The position numbers and the translations under genes were made by a program. The notes under the pieces are model-generated. The model was not told the origin of the DNA. It did no database searches and saw only the letters and a program-made list of their open reading frames with translations. From Halopenitus sp. (GTDB lineage Archaea > Halobacteriota > Halobacteria > Halobacteriales > Haloferacaceae), in assembly GCA_042219525.1 (NCBI GenBank), contig JBDGPU010000017.1, forward strand, positions 2,241-66,240: a DNA stretch of 64,000 nt, given 5' to 3'. Below, piece after piece: positions 46,509 to 56,067 of this stretch. The first letter of the stretch is position 1; every line of letters begins with the position of its first letter.

Positions 46509-47726
46509 GTGGCGGACGACTACCTGAGACGCACCGCAATCACCCGCCCCATCCTTACCGACGAGCAACAGCAGTTGCTCGACGCCACCATCCAAGAGTG
46601 GCAAGACGCCTGTAACATCAGTAGCCGTATCGGATGGAGCGCGGGGGAAACACGGAAAACCTCCCTCCAAGACCTCGCCTACGACGACGTGAGGGAGGAA
46701 ACACGTCTCGGGAGTCAACACGCGATCCTCGCCACCCACCAAGCCGCAGCCGCACTCTCCGGTGTCGAAGAAATCGAACAACTGGACGAAGACTACAAAA
46801 CATCGCGTCCGGAGTTCACTGCCGACACCGTGAAGTACGACACTCGGACAATGACGGTGTTCGATGACGGTACCGTCTCACTTTCGACTGTCGACGACCG
46901 GATTCGGTGCGATCTTACGCTACCGGACAACGAAGACGGCTACCAACACCAGTACCTCACCGGCGAAGACTGGGAACTCACCGAATCCACACTCACGCGG
47001 CGTGACGGTGACTACTACCTCCATCTTGGGTTCCGGAAACCCCAGCCCGAGAAACAGGTCGAAATACAGGATGACGACGAGGACAGGACAGTTCTCGGCG
47101 TTGACCTCGGCATCGTCAACATCGTCACCACCAGCACGGCATACTTCGCGTCCGGAAGAGAACTCCGTCATCGGCACCGGGAGTTCGAGCGGATTCGTGG
47201 CAACCTCCAAGAAACAGGCACACAGTCTGCACACCGCACCATCCAGCAGATGGGCGGTCGGGAATCCCGATACGTCCGTGATGTCTTGCACCGAGTGGCC
47301 AACGACATCATCGAGGAAGCCCTCGAACACGACTGCGAGTACATCGCGTTCGAGAATCTGAAACACATCCGGGAGCGTGCGCCGCCGGTGAAAGAGTTCC
47401 ACCAGTGGGCGCATCGCCAACTTGTTGATCTTGTGGGGTACAAGGCAGACGCAGAAGGCATCTGTGTCGAGTATGTGTCACCGGAGAACACGAGTCGACG
47501 GTGTCCGGAGTGCGGGCATACGAGCAAGGGGAACCGTGTCACGCAGTCGGAGTTCGAATGTGGGTCGTGTGGTGCGACAGGGAACGCGGACTACGTTGCG
47601 GCGAAGAACGTTGGGTGGCGGTACGTCCGTCGCGGGCTACAGTCCTCGCGGCGGACGGGCGACAGTCAACTCGCCCTGAAGTCAGGAACCGTGACGCCGA
47701 ACCGGGGATTCGTCCCGTCCGACTAA
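46509..47726 (+). CDS. tnpB: TnpB (IS605 OrfB-type RNA-guided endonuclease)
   Basis: N-terminus (V/M)ADDYLRRTA. RuvC-I GVDLGIVNI, RuvC-II IAFENL, zinc finger CPECG...CGSCG and RuvC-III NADYVAAKN are all intact. The GTG at 46509 is preferred over the TTG at 46500. Confidence 0.9.
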   Translation: MADDYLRRTAITRPILTDEQQQLLDATIQEWQDACNISSRIGWSAGETRKTSLQDLAYDDVREETRLGSQHAILATHQAAAALSGVEEIEQLDEDYKTSRPEFTADTVKYDTRTMTVFDDGTVSLSTVDDRIRCDLTLPDNEDGYQHQYLTGEDWELTESTLTRRDGDYYLHLGFRKPQPEKQVEIQDDDEDRTVLGVDLGIVNIVTTSTAYFASGRELRHRHREFERIRGNLQETGTQSAHRTIQQMGGRESRYVRDVLHRVANDIIEEALEHDCEYIAFENLKHIRERAPPVKEFHQWAHRQLVDLVGYKADAEGICVEYVSPENTSRRCPECGHTSKGNRVTQSEFECGSCGATGNADYVAAKNVGWRYVRRGLQSSRRTGDSQLALKSGTVTPNRGFVPSD

Positions 47727-47790
47727 CTGTCGGTCGAGGCCGAGTTCACTGACAAGCCCCGCGCCACCGTGCGCGGGGCTGTTGACAAAC
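47640..47790 (+). ncRNA. candidate omega/right-end RNA (reRNA) of the tnpB element; extent approximate
   Basis: By analogy: TnpB guide RNAs start in the 3' end of tnpB and run through the right-end structure. A perfect 10-bp stem lies at 47755-47780, followed by gttgac. No expression evidence. Confidence 0.35.
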
Positions 47791-47873
47791 GTGACTTCAG
47801 TCGCAAGCGAAGAGTGCAATGAGGAGTGCGGACGTGACCGCCTGATACCCCGACCTTGATAGCTGCGGCGAGG

Positions 47874-48818
47874 TCAGTACTCGATGCTGCCGCCGAACCG
47901 GTCGAGGACGAACACGAGTGCCGCCCCGACCGCCGCGGCGCCGACGAACGTCGGCAGGACCGCGGGCCAGGTGCGGCCCTGCTCGGCGATGACGATCCCC
48001 GTCTCGACGATCGGCGCGCGCAACGCGCCGACGACGAGGCTGACGAGGAAGGCGATGGTCGCCATCCGGTAGCGCTCGAGCGCGCGCCGGACCGCGTGCG
48101 CGATGGTAAACAGCCCGATGACGCCGCCGACCAGGAACGTCACCACCGGCGGCGCCGCGTCGATTGCGGGGCCGATGCCGTCGCCGGTGAGCACGCCGAT
48201 CAGCGCGTCGATGAACGTCGACAGCGCGCCCGACATGTACTCGTACTGCCCGATGATGATCAACAGCAGCGACCCCGAGATCCCCGGCAGGATCATCGCG
48301 CTCACGGCGATGGCGCCGGCAACGAGGACGACGGGCAGCTCGTGGCCGACCGCCGTCGACGCGTACCCCGAGGTGAGGAAGGCCGCGAGGAAGCCCGCGA
48401 GGGCCGCGCCCTTCCGGCGCGGCGTGGAGACGTCGACCTCGCTGAACAGGACGACGGCGCTCGCCGCGATCAGCCCGAAGAAGAACCCGAAGGTGACCAC
48501 GGGGAACTCCTCGAGCAGGTAGTGGACCGCGCGCAGCACCGTTACGAGGGCCGTGCCGATGCCGGCCCCGAGCACGAGCAGGAACGTTCCGTCGACCTCG
48601 TGGAACGCCGCGCGTGCGTCCGGCCAGTTCGACGGGCGAACGCCGGCGAGGACGCGCCGGATCCGCTCGGGATCTATCTCGGTGACAGCGGCGATGAGTC
48701 GTTCGTAGATGCCCGTGATGAGCGCGATCGTGCCACCGGAGACACCCGGCACGGCGTCGGCACAGCCCATCGCGATGCCCTTACTGTAGACGACGAGCCA
48801 GTCCCGGAGCGTCACCAT
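47874..48818 (-). CDS. DUF368-family polytopic membrane protein (candidate polyprenyl/dolichyl-phosphate translocase)
   Basis: 314 aa. The N-terminal GCADAVPGVSGGTIALITGIYERL matches the DUF368 signature PGVSGGT, and a second half-repeat has LPGISGS. The start lies 3 nt after the aglB stop. Confidence 0.85.
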   Translation of the reverse strand: MVTLRDWLVVYSKGIAMGCADAVPGVSGGTIALITGIYERLIAAVTEIDPERIRRVLAGVRPSNWPDARAAFHEVDGTFLLVLGAGIGTALVTVLRAVHYLLEEFPVVTFGFFFGLIAASAVVLFSEVDVSTPRRKGAALAGFLAAFLTSGYASTAVGHELPVVLVAGAIAVSAMILPGISGSLLLIIIGQYEYMSGALSTFIDALIGVLTGDGIGPAIDAAPPVVTFLVGGVIGLFTIAHAVRRALERYRMATIAFLVSLVVGALRAPIVETGIVIAEQGRTWPAVLPTFVGAAAVGAALVFVLDRFGGSIEY

Positions 48819-48821
48819 CGA

Positions 48822-51800
48822 TTATGGGTCCAGGCCGACGAGTGCAGTGTCAGCGCCGATAGCGGTGTCGCCGTCGACGCCAGCCCGGGGCGACCAGCTA
48901 CTCGTCGAGAGGGCGCCGGAGCCGGGCGCGAAGCCGCCGGTCGCGAACGCGTCGCCAGTGTCGTCGACTGACTCGAACGCGCCCACGGGCTCGATGTTGG
49001 AGCTGTTCGTTCCGTTCGTGGAGCTCCCGTTCTTTTCGGTGCCCATCACGGTGCGTTCGAGCTCGACCACGACCGGCTTGTCGACGTCGCCGTTGACCTT
49101 CCCTTCAGGCACCTCGACGGTCGTCCGGTTCTGGATGACCGTACCGTCCGCCTTGACGGTGCCCGAGTCGAAGATGCGGTACGAGCTGGCCGCGCGCACG
49201 CTCACGTTGGTGTAGCCGTTCTCCGGGCCGTACTTGTCGTAGCCCGTCGTCGAGTACGGCACGACGAACGTAAACTCGCCGTCCTCGTTGGCGGTCGTGT
49301 ACGTCGTGTACGTGAACGTCTTGTTGCTGTGGGGCATCTGCATCTCGACCTGCGCGGTCACTTCCTGGCCGGGCGCCGCGCCCGAGCCCTTGATCGTCGC
49401 GCCGGGAACGCGCTCGAAGGTTTTCACCCAGTTCGACGACGTCCATGTGAGCGCTCTCTGCGACAGCCCGGTCGTCCGGAGCTGACGGATCAGCGTCTGC
49501 AGGTACCGCCCCGACGACTGCGCACTCGACTGACTCGCGTGGACGAGCCGGTAGTGCTCGAGCGCTTTGACGCGCTCGTTCGGGAACGGACCGACGCCGC
49601 CGATCTTCGCCGTCCCGTCCTGGCTGGCGACGTACTCTTTGGCCGCCTGCATGGAGCCGAACGTCTTCACGACGGAGTCCTTCTGGCCCGACGGCGTAAC
49701 GTTGATCGTGATCGTCTCACCGGACCGCGTCTGGGCCCGCTGCTGGTCCCAGTCGACGACGACCGCCTTCGGGTCCATCGCGCTGCCGTGGTACCCGTAC
49801 AGCCGCACCATCATGCTCTCGTAGTAGCGCTGCTGGCGCACCTGCATCGCGTAGCGGTAACCCTGGCCCTGCCGCTGGTAGAGGACCCCGAAGAAGTCGT
49901 CCCGGCTGACGTTGCCCGCGCTGTAGAACGTCACGGGCGCGCCGAACTTCGAGGACGGGTTGACCATCTGCCAGTCGACCATGACGTATCGCGTGCCCTC
50001 GCCCTCGCCGGCCTCCTTGTCCAGGATGTTCTCGGCCTGCTTCTCGGTCGGCGAGAGCAGGTAGTTGGCCGCGAGCGTCGCGTGCTGCTGGAACGGGTTC
50101 GCGACCGGGATGCGTTCCGCGCGAGTGGTTATCCAGTGGCCGTAGTCCCACCACGACATCACGCCGTAGGCGCCGTCCGGGTACGCGTAATCGCCGTCGT
50201 CGGGGCGTTCGTAGGTGCCATAGTACTCCATCGGGTTGTCGGCGCCGGCGAGCGTGCCCGGTTCGGGCGTCTCGTCGTTCATCCACTGGAGGCTGCCGTC
50301 CCACTGCGTGACGCTGCCGGGACCGTTCTGAGCGCCGGCGGTCCAGACGGGCGTCGCCACAAAGACGAGCGGGACGATAAGGATGACTACCACCGTGATG
50401 GCGGTCATTACCTGCCAGCCCTCGATGTCATTCGCGACCTCGGTGATGGAGCCGTGGAGGTCGAGCTTGTCCAGCGTCATCTCGACGAAGAAGCCGTTCA
50501 GAATGACGACGGGGACGGCGAGGTAGATGTTGAAGCGCACCTGGGTGAACGCCGTCGCGGTGATGAACGCCGCCCAGACGAGCAGGTAGAGCTTCTCGGC
50601 CTCGTACTGGTGGAGGTACGTCGCGCCGACGATGGCGGCCGTCGCCAGGAAGAGTCCGATAACCTGCCACTCGACGCCGATGAGCCCGCCGATGGCGGCG
50701 TACAGCTGCGGGATCAGGACGACGCTGCCGACGACGGCGACCGCGCCGGCGACGTAGATCGTTTCGTTCGTCTCCTCACTACGGACGAGGGGGCCGCCGA
50801 GCAAGACGAGCGCGGCGAAGAGGGCCGTGAAGAACGTGAGGCCGTACTCGGAGAGGATCGCGCCTGCGGCGCTGCCCTGTGAGAGGAAGGGCTGGGCCTC
50901 GCCGATGGTGCGGACCTCCGCACTTGCACCGAATGCGACGGAGCGCATCAGGTTGTTAACGATCTGACTGTACGCACTCGGGAGCGCGACAGCGAGAATG
51001 CCGACAGAAACGAGGATAAGCCCGAAGATAGCGGCAGGGTACTGACGAGTATCCAGGTCGCGTGCTTCCCACTCGCGAGCGAGGTATGCGAGCAGGGCGG
51101 TTCCTGCTGCAGTACCGAGGGGGAGGAAAATATGCATCAGCGTGTATCCGGTCACGCCGAAGGAGAACTCCTCGAGCGGGATGACCATCAGCAGGCCGGT
51201 TACCGTCATCGAGACGACGCCGACGAAGGCGACGGGTTCCGGACTGTCCTCGTGAACGACGTCGCTGGTGATCTTGACAACGAGGAAGAGTCCGGTGAAG
51301 CCGACGAGAATGATGCCCGGCTGCCAGACGTACATGTAGAGGGCGGCTGCGACGCCGGCGAGTGCTGCAAATCCGAAGGGCCGACGAAGTGCGCCGACGT
51401 CCTGATCGAGGACGAGTTCCCAGACGGGCTTCTCGCGTGCGGCGATCCCGAAGGCGACGAGGAACGCCAGAACCGCGAGTGTCTGGAAGAGGACTTCTGC
51501 TGCGTGGTGGTCGTAGAAGCCGACGAGCGTGTAGTTGAGGAAGGTGCCCGGAAGTAGCGCGAGGAGAACGACGCTGACGACCGCCCCGAAGCGGCTTACG
51601 AACCGACGTGCGATGTAGTAGGCCGGAATGGCGACGAGTGAGCCGAATATCGGCGCCATGACGAGCATGACGCGCATCGCGGTGGCTTTGTCCCCACTGC
51701 CGAGGGTGACGAGCAGGATGATCGTGGCCGTGATCTGGTCGAAGAGGGTACCGAACTGGCCAACCAGTGTACCAGTTGGGAATCCAGTCCAGACCTCGTA

Positions 51801-52034
51801 CGGCATCGTCGAGGGGTAATGCTTGATCGCGTAAATCGTCTCCCGGAAGTGATACCAGGCGTCGTTCCCCCGGAAGTATACCTGACCGTTCCGAATGAAG
51901 GTACCATAAGCCTGGAGCCGCGCCCAGAGCATGAACGCGATGGACGCGATGAGCACAGGGATATGATACCATTGTTCGAGAAGATCCAGTATCGAATCAC
52001 CGGAATCTTCGCCCGAGATACTCTGCTGACTCAT
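48822..52034 (-). CDS. aglB: archaeal oligosaccharyltransferase AglB (STT3 family)
   Basis: 1070 aa with about 13 N-terminal TM helices, the WWDYGHW motif, and a large C-terminal soluble domain. Confidence 0.95.
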   Translation of the reverse strand: MSQQSISGEDSGDSILDLLEQWYHIPVLIASIAFMLWARLQAYGTFIRNGQVYFRGNDAWYHFRETIYAIKHYPSTMPYEVWTGFPTGTLVGQFGTLFDQITATIILLVTLGSGDKATAMRVMLVMAPIFGSLVAIPAYYIARRFVSRFGAVVSVVLLALLPGTFLNYTLVGFYDHHAAEVLFQTLAVLAFLVAFGIAAREKPVWELVLDQDVGALRRPFGFAALAGVAAALYMYVWQPGIILVGFTGLFLVVKITSDVVHEDSPEPVAFVGVVSMTVTGLLMVIPLEEFSFGVTGYTLMHIFLPLGTAAGTALLAYLAREWEARDLDTRQYPAAIFGLILVSVGILAVALPSAYSQIVNNLMRSVAFGASAEVRTIGEAQPFLSQGSAAGAILSEYGLTFFTALFAALVLLGGPLVRSEETNETIYVAGAVAVVGSVVLIPQLYAAIGGLIGVEWQVIGLFLATAAIVGATYLHQYEAEKLYLLVWAAFITATAFTQVRFNIYLAVPVVILNGFFVEMTLDKLDLHGSITEVANDIEGWQVMTAITVVVILIVPLVFVATPVWTAGAQNGPGSVTQWDGSLQWMNDETPEPGTLAGADNPMEYYGTYERPDDGDYAYPDGAYGVMSWWDYGHWITTRAERIPVANPFQQHATLAANYLLSPTEKQAENILDKEAGEGEGTRYVMVDWQMVNPSSKFGAPVTFYSAGNVSRDDFFGVLYQRQGQGYRYAMQVRQQRYYESMMVRLYGYHGSAMDPKAVVVDWDQQRAQTRSGETITINVTPSGQKDSVVKTFGSMQAAKEYVASQDGTAKIGGVGPFPNERVKALEHYRLVHASQSSAQSSGRYLQTLIRQLRTTGLSQRALTWTSSNWVKTFERVPGATIKGSGAAPGQEVTAQVEMQMPHSNKTFTYTTYTTANEDGEFTFVVPYSTTGYDKYGPENGYTNVSVRAASSYRIFDSGTVKADGTVIQNRTTVEVPEGKVNGDVDKPVVVELERTVMGTEKNGSSTNGTNSSNIEPVGAFESVDDTGDAFATGGFAPGSGALSTSSWSPRAGVDGDTAIGADTALVGLDP

Positions 52035-52210
52035 TGGATCAAGAGTTCTTGAAAATCCGCATAAGCCTTGTCATATCTATGGAAGTAGCTTGATACGGAT
52101 GGGGGTGACAGAGTATCCGTGGTTTTATCAAGTATATAACTGCTAAATCTCGCTCTTCGTTTGTTCTGTCCACTTGGAACATCTCCTGACACCGATGGTT
52201 TTAGCACCTC

Positions 52211-53254
52211 ATGAACCGGACGCCTGAAATAATGGAGGCTGCCGTAGTTCACGATGGTACTATCCACCCGGGCGGTGCTGTTAAAGTGGTAACTGAAGCA
52301 GCACGTGCCCTCGACGCCGATCTCTACGTGGGGTTTTCCGGGAAGGATGAGGAATGGTGGGAAGATAGAGTTCCGAACTCGGTCTCAATTATCCGGAAGA
52401 CATCACGAAGCGGAACGTTGAACGATATCCGAACCGCCAGATCGATGCTCAATTTGGATCTGCGAGAGTATGACGTAGTCCTGACGAGCGGTCCTGCGGC
52501 GAAGTTTTTCCAGCCGTATGATGACCAGCTCCATATCCACTATATCCACCATCCTCCTCTTGCGTCTCTATGGTTTACTGGCGGCCTGTTTTCTTATCTC
52601 GTCAAAACAATTGACCGGGTCGAAACCTCGGCTATCCCCCACCTAATTGCCAACAGTGAACTAACGTCTACCAGAACAGTTCGACATTACAATCACGAGG
52701 TTGATCGGGTGATTCCACCACCAGTTGACGTAGATGGGTTTTCACCGGACGCCGTTCGCAAAGAGAATCAATTAGTGATGGTCGGTCGACTTGAGGGGCG
52801 AAAGAGACCTAAAGTAGCAGTAGATGCGATGCGGGAACTCCCTGAGTTTACGCTCAAACTAATTGGGGATGGCCCGCTTCGCGGAGAAATTGAGCGTAAT
52901 GCACCATCGAATGTCGACGTTCTCGGGTACGTCGATGACACAACGCTCAAACGAACTATCGAGGAAAGCGTCGCAGGTATCTTTTTAGCAGAACGGGAGG
53001 ACTTCGGTATCACACCGATTGAGTATATGGCAGCAGGGACGCCTGTTGTAGGTGTCGATGAACCGAATACGAACAATCAGATTAGAGAGGGAGTTAATGG
53101 TATGCTCGTTGAACCAAATTCAGAAGCAGTCAAGAAGAACATACGTAGGATGACGCAACGAACCTGGGATCGTGAAACTATTGCAAAGTCAGCCGAAAAG
53201 TACCATCCCTCTCGCTTCCGAGAGGAGCTTCGAGACGTGATAAATAATGTCTAA
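52211..53254 (+). CDS. family-4 (GT-B, Glycos_transf_1) glycosyltransferase
   Basis: 347 aa with the EX7E-type motif EDFGITPIEYMAAGTPVVG. An alternative ATG lies at 52232. Confidence 0.85.
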   Translation: MNRTPEIMEAAVVHDGTIHPGGAVKVVTEAARALDADLYVGFSGKDEEWWEDRVPNSVSIIRKTSRSGTLNDIRTARSMLNLDLREYDVVLTSGPAAKFFQPYDDQLHIHYIHHPPLASLWFTGGLFSYLVKTIDRVETSAIPHLIANSELTSTRTVRHYNHEVDRVIPPPVDVDGFSPDAVRKENQLVMVGRLEGRKRPKVAVDAMRELPEFTLKLIGDGPLRGEIERNAPSNVDVLGYVDDTTLKRTIEESVAGIFLAEREDFGITPIEYMAAGTPVVGVDEPNTNNQIREGVNGMLVEPNSEAVKKNIRRMTQRTWDRETIAKSAEKYHPSRFREELRDVINNV

Positions 53255-54215
53255 TCCGGTTTTCCTATATAACGATCCACATCCCGTTCATGAAAAGATG
53301 GCCACAGAAATTGATGCCGAATTCGTTGAGTGTGCGAAAGGTGGTGTGTTGGACCGGATGAATGCAGGACTCTCTCACGATTTCGGTGAAAGACCACTTC
53401 TGATAGAGGGTGGAGTTCCACTCTTTGAAGCCGGATTCATAGGACTAAGTAATGATTCTGGTCCAATCATAGAACTTGCTGCAGACGGAACGCTCATCGA
53501 TATCGCCACACCGCTCGAAGGTAGACCAGCTCATGAGCGACTTGCTCACAGATTCGGGGAAAGATATGTCGACGCAACGATGGCCGTGAGTGACTACATC
53601 GCAGCATTTGCACGCAGATATGACCGTCCCGTTGAGGTTATCCATCCCTTCATTGAAGATAGACGCTTTAGTGAACTCAAGAAATTGAACCCTGGTGGCG
53701 ACGGAGAGACAGTACTCTGTATCGGTAAGTACAGACACAAGAACGGTCAGGACATATTACTGGAAGCAATGAATGAAGTCAGCGAGAATATAACTACACA
53801 CTTTATCGGCCCTGACACAGATGAAATATCAAGCCAAAAGGGTGTTGAAGGTCATGGATTCGTCGAATTGTCACAGTTTTATGACTTGCTCGACGACGCG
53901 AGTCTGATGGTGTTCCCAGCCCGAGTAGGTGCGTATCCCGTAGCGGTGCTTGAAGCATTAGTATCAGGGACTGCTGTGATAACCTCGCCGTACGTAGGAA
54001 ATGCTGATCTCGTTCGTGCAGTAAATCCAGGATTCGTAACCAAGCCGAAACCAAACGCGGTTGCCGAGGGTATCTGTTGGGCGATGAACCGCGATCTCGA
54101 AGAAGACGGGAGACGCGCAAGAGAAATAGGGAACGCATTTCAGGAAAAACACTATATCGACGATTTTGTGAAGCGATTCAATAAAGTTCTGTCGCGCGTG
54201 AGGACAAATAGATGA
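53247..54215 (+). CDS. divergent GT-B-like glycosyltransferase, paralog A
   Basis: 322 aa. GHGFV....FY.L......V.PAR.......LEA..SG motif near the C-terminus. Clearly paralogous to 56061..57032. 8-nt overlap with the upstream gene. Confidence 0.6.
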   Translation: MSNPVFLYNDPHPVHEKMATEIDAEFVECAKGGVLDRMNAGLSHDFGERPLLIEGGVPLFEAGFIGLSNDSGPIIELAADGTLIDIATPLEGRPAHERLAHRFGERYVDATMAVSDYIAAFARRYDRPVEVIHPFIEDRRFSELKKLNPGGDGETVLCIGKYRHKNGQDILLEAMNEVSENITTHFIGPDTDEISSQKGVEGHGFVELSQFYDLLDDASLMVFPARVGAYPVAVLEALVSGTAVITSPYVGNADLVRAVNPGFVTKPKPNAVAEGICWAMNRDLEEDGRRAREIGNAFQEKHYIDDFVKRFNKVLSRVRTNR

Positions 54216-55579
54216 CTGAAAAACCTAACATTGTGATGGTTTCTTGGGACAGTGTCCGTGCAGACCATATGCCCTTCTTGGGATATGAGCGCAATACATG
54301 TCCCAATATAAATGAAATGGCGGAAGAAAGCCTAGTATTTGAGAATACGCAAGTGTCAGCTGTCGGCACCGCTGCGTCCTTTACGGGCGCGTTCACTGGT
54401 GATCACGCGACTGCGACCATGCTCAACCCCAGTCCGTCTTATTGGGCCAACTCACTTGAAGGAAATAAGCTACTCCCGGAGGTCTTGCAAGACGCTGGAT
54501 ACTTCACTGGAGGTTTCCACTTCAACGCGCTTATGTCCTCGAATTTTGGGTGGAACCGTGGTTGGGATGTCTATGAGGACCACTTATGGGATGAAAAAGG
54601 GGGGAATAGTCCGACTAACGACAACGAAACCGACCTTCGTTCAAAACTTTACGACACCCTTCAGGAACACGACTTGGCGAACTTCGCGATGCACGCGAAG
54701 AAGGCGGTTACGGGAGAAAAGCCGGTCAAGTGGGAAAATATGTGGGAGGAGATCGAAGCATTCGTTGAGGATGCCCCAGAACCCTGGTTTCTATGGGTGC
54801 TCCTCATTGACACCCACCATCCATACTACGCACCCAAAGAATACCATGAGTGGGAACAGCCTGGAATTCGGAGGACGTATGGACTGAACTATGTGATGCG
54901 CCGACACCGGAATCTAGTCGGTGAACGAAGGCAATCAGTCGTCAATGCATACGACAACACAATGCGGTATGCAGATGAGTTTGTTCGGCGACTTGAAGAA
55001 AAACTTGACACAGAGGGTTTCGGCGATGAGCCTTTCATATTTCACTCCGACCACGGCGACGAACTGGGAGAACACGCCAGCTATGGTCACCGTCCATTGA
55101 TGTACGATACGGTAACGCGAGTTCCTTTAGTTATGAAGAATGTTGGAGAAACCGGCATTCGTGAAGGACCTCACTCTTTGCTGGATCTTGGAAATGGAAT
55201 CCTAGAGATCGCGGGAATTGATGAGCGTCTGGGACAAGGTAAATCAATCCTATCAAACAACCGTGAGACCGTCACAGTTCAGAACTTGCTTGGCGATCAG
55301 TATGGCAAAACACTTGCTGTGGTTGGTCCTGAGTGGAAAGTGTTGTTCCACCCTGAGGGAGATTGGGGCCACGGACGAAAGTTCACAGGGGGTTCGTGGG
55401 AAGCGTATAAGCATACCGAAGATCCCATGGAAAAAAACAATCGGTGGGGTGACCATCCGGATCAGTTGGAAGTGAAACTCCGTGAACAGCTACGAAAGGA
55501 TTCTGCTGAGATTGAAAGCGAACAAGAGATGGAACAAGAAACGAAAAACCGTCTCAGAGAGTTGGGGTATATTGAATGA
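54212..55579 (+). CDS. sulfatase-like alkaline-phosphatase-superfamily enzyme lacking the C/S-x-P-x-R motif
   Basis: NIVMVSWDSVRADH, DTHHPY, SDHGDELGEH.SYGH and C-terminal LRELGYIE motifs. The nucleophile region reads SAVGTAASFTGAFTG. ATGA overlap upstream. Confidence 0.75.
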   Translation: MTEKPNIVMVSWDSVRADHMPFLGYERNTCPNINEMAEESLVFENTQVSAVGTAASFTGAFTGDHATATMLNPSPSYWANSLEGNKLLPEVLQDAGYFTGGFHFNALMSSNFGWNRGWDVYEDHLWDEKGGNSPTNDNETDLRSKLYDTLQEHDLANFAMHAKKAVTGEKPVKWENMWEEIEAFVEDAPEPWFLWVLLIDTHHPYYAPKEYHEWEQPGIRRTYGLNYVMRRHRNLVGERRQSVVNAYDNTMRYADEFVRRLEEKLDTEGFGDEPFIFHSDHGDELGEHASYGHRPLMYDTVTRVPLVMKNVGETGIREGPHSLLDLGNGILEIAGIDERLGQGKSILSNNRETVTVQNLLGDQYGKTLAVVGPEWKVLFHPEGDWGHGRKFTGGSWEAYKHTEDPMEKNNRWGDHPDQLEVKLREQLRKDSAEIESEQEMEQETKNRLRELGYIE

Positions 55580-56067
55580 AGAAACTGAATCTCGGTTCAG
55601 GAAACGATTATCGTGAGGGGAGGACTAATGTGGATATCAATCCTGCTTTTGATCCTGACAAAGTCATCAATCTTGAAGATCCCAAATGGGACCTCGCATC
55701 AAATGAATATGATCTCGTACTCGCAGACAATGTTTTCGAACATATCGAGCCACCAGATCGCCCCACGTTTCTCCGAGAGTGTCACCGGGTTCTAGATCCT
55801 GACGGCAAGTTAGTGATGCGCTGGCCAACGCCTGGGTTTGGCGGAGGATGGGATGTGACACACTATAGTATTCCTAGCTGGGACTGGCCGGATCACCCCA
55901 ATCACAACGAAGCATGGGAGACTACTAACAAGGAATTCAATTTCAATATGATTGGAACACTCCTTCCCTCACCAATCGCCGTACAGTTGATGTGGCATGG
56001 TATCCGTACCATCCTCGATGTTGAGCTGACGGTCGCACCAAAAGGAGAATATGGGGAAACATGGTAG
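55576..56067 (+). CDS. class I SAM-dependent methyltransferase (Methyltransf_11-like)
   Basis: 163 aa with LNLGSG, DLVLADNVFEHI and RVLDPDGKL motifs. ATGA overlap upstream. Confidence 0.75.
   Translation: MKKLNLGSGNDYREGRTNVDINPAFDPDKVINLEDPKWDLASNEYDLVLADNVFEHIEPPDRPTFLRECHRVLDPDGKLVMRWPTPGFGGGWDVTHYSIPSWDWPDHPNHNEAWETTNKEFNFNMIGTLLPSPIAVQLMWHGIRTILDVELTVAPKGEYGETW

Larger units (their letters stand above)
46400..47800 (+). mobile_element. non-autonomous IS200/IS605-family (IS1341-type) element: tnpB only, no tnpA; boundaries approximate
   Basis: tnpB is flanked by subterminal hairpins sharing a caccgtg core: ccgccca-ccg-tgggcgg at 46426-46442 and agccccgcgc-caccgt-gcgcggggct at 47755-47780. 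No terminal inverted repeats, as expected for this family. Confidence 0.7.
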
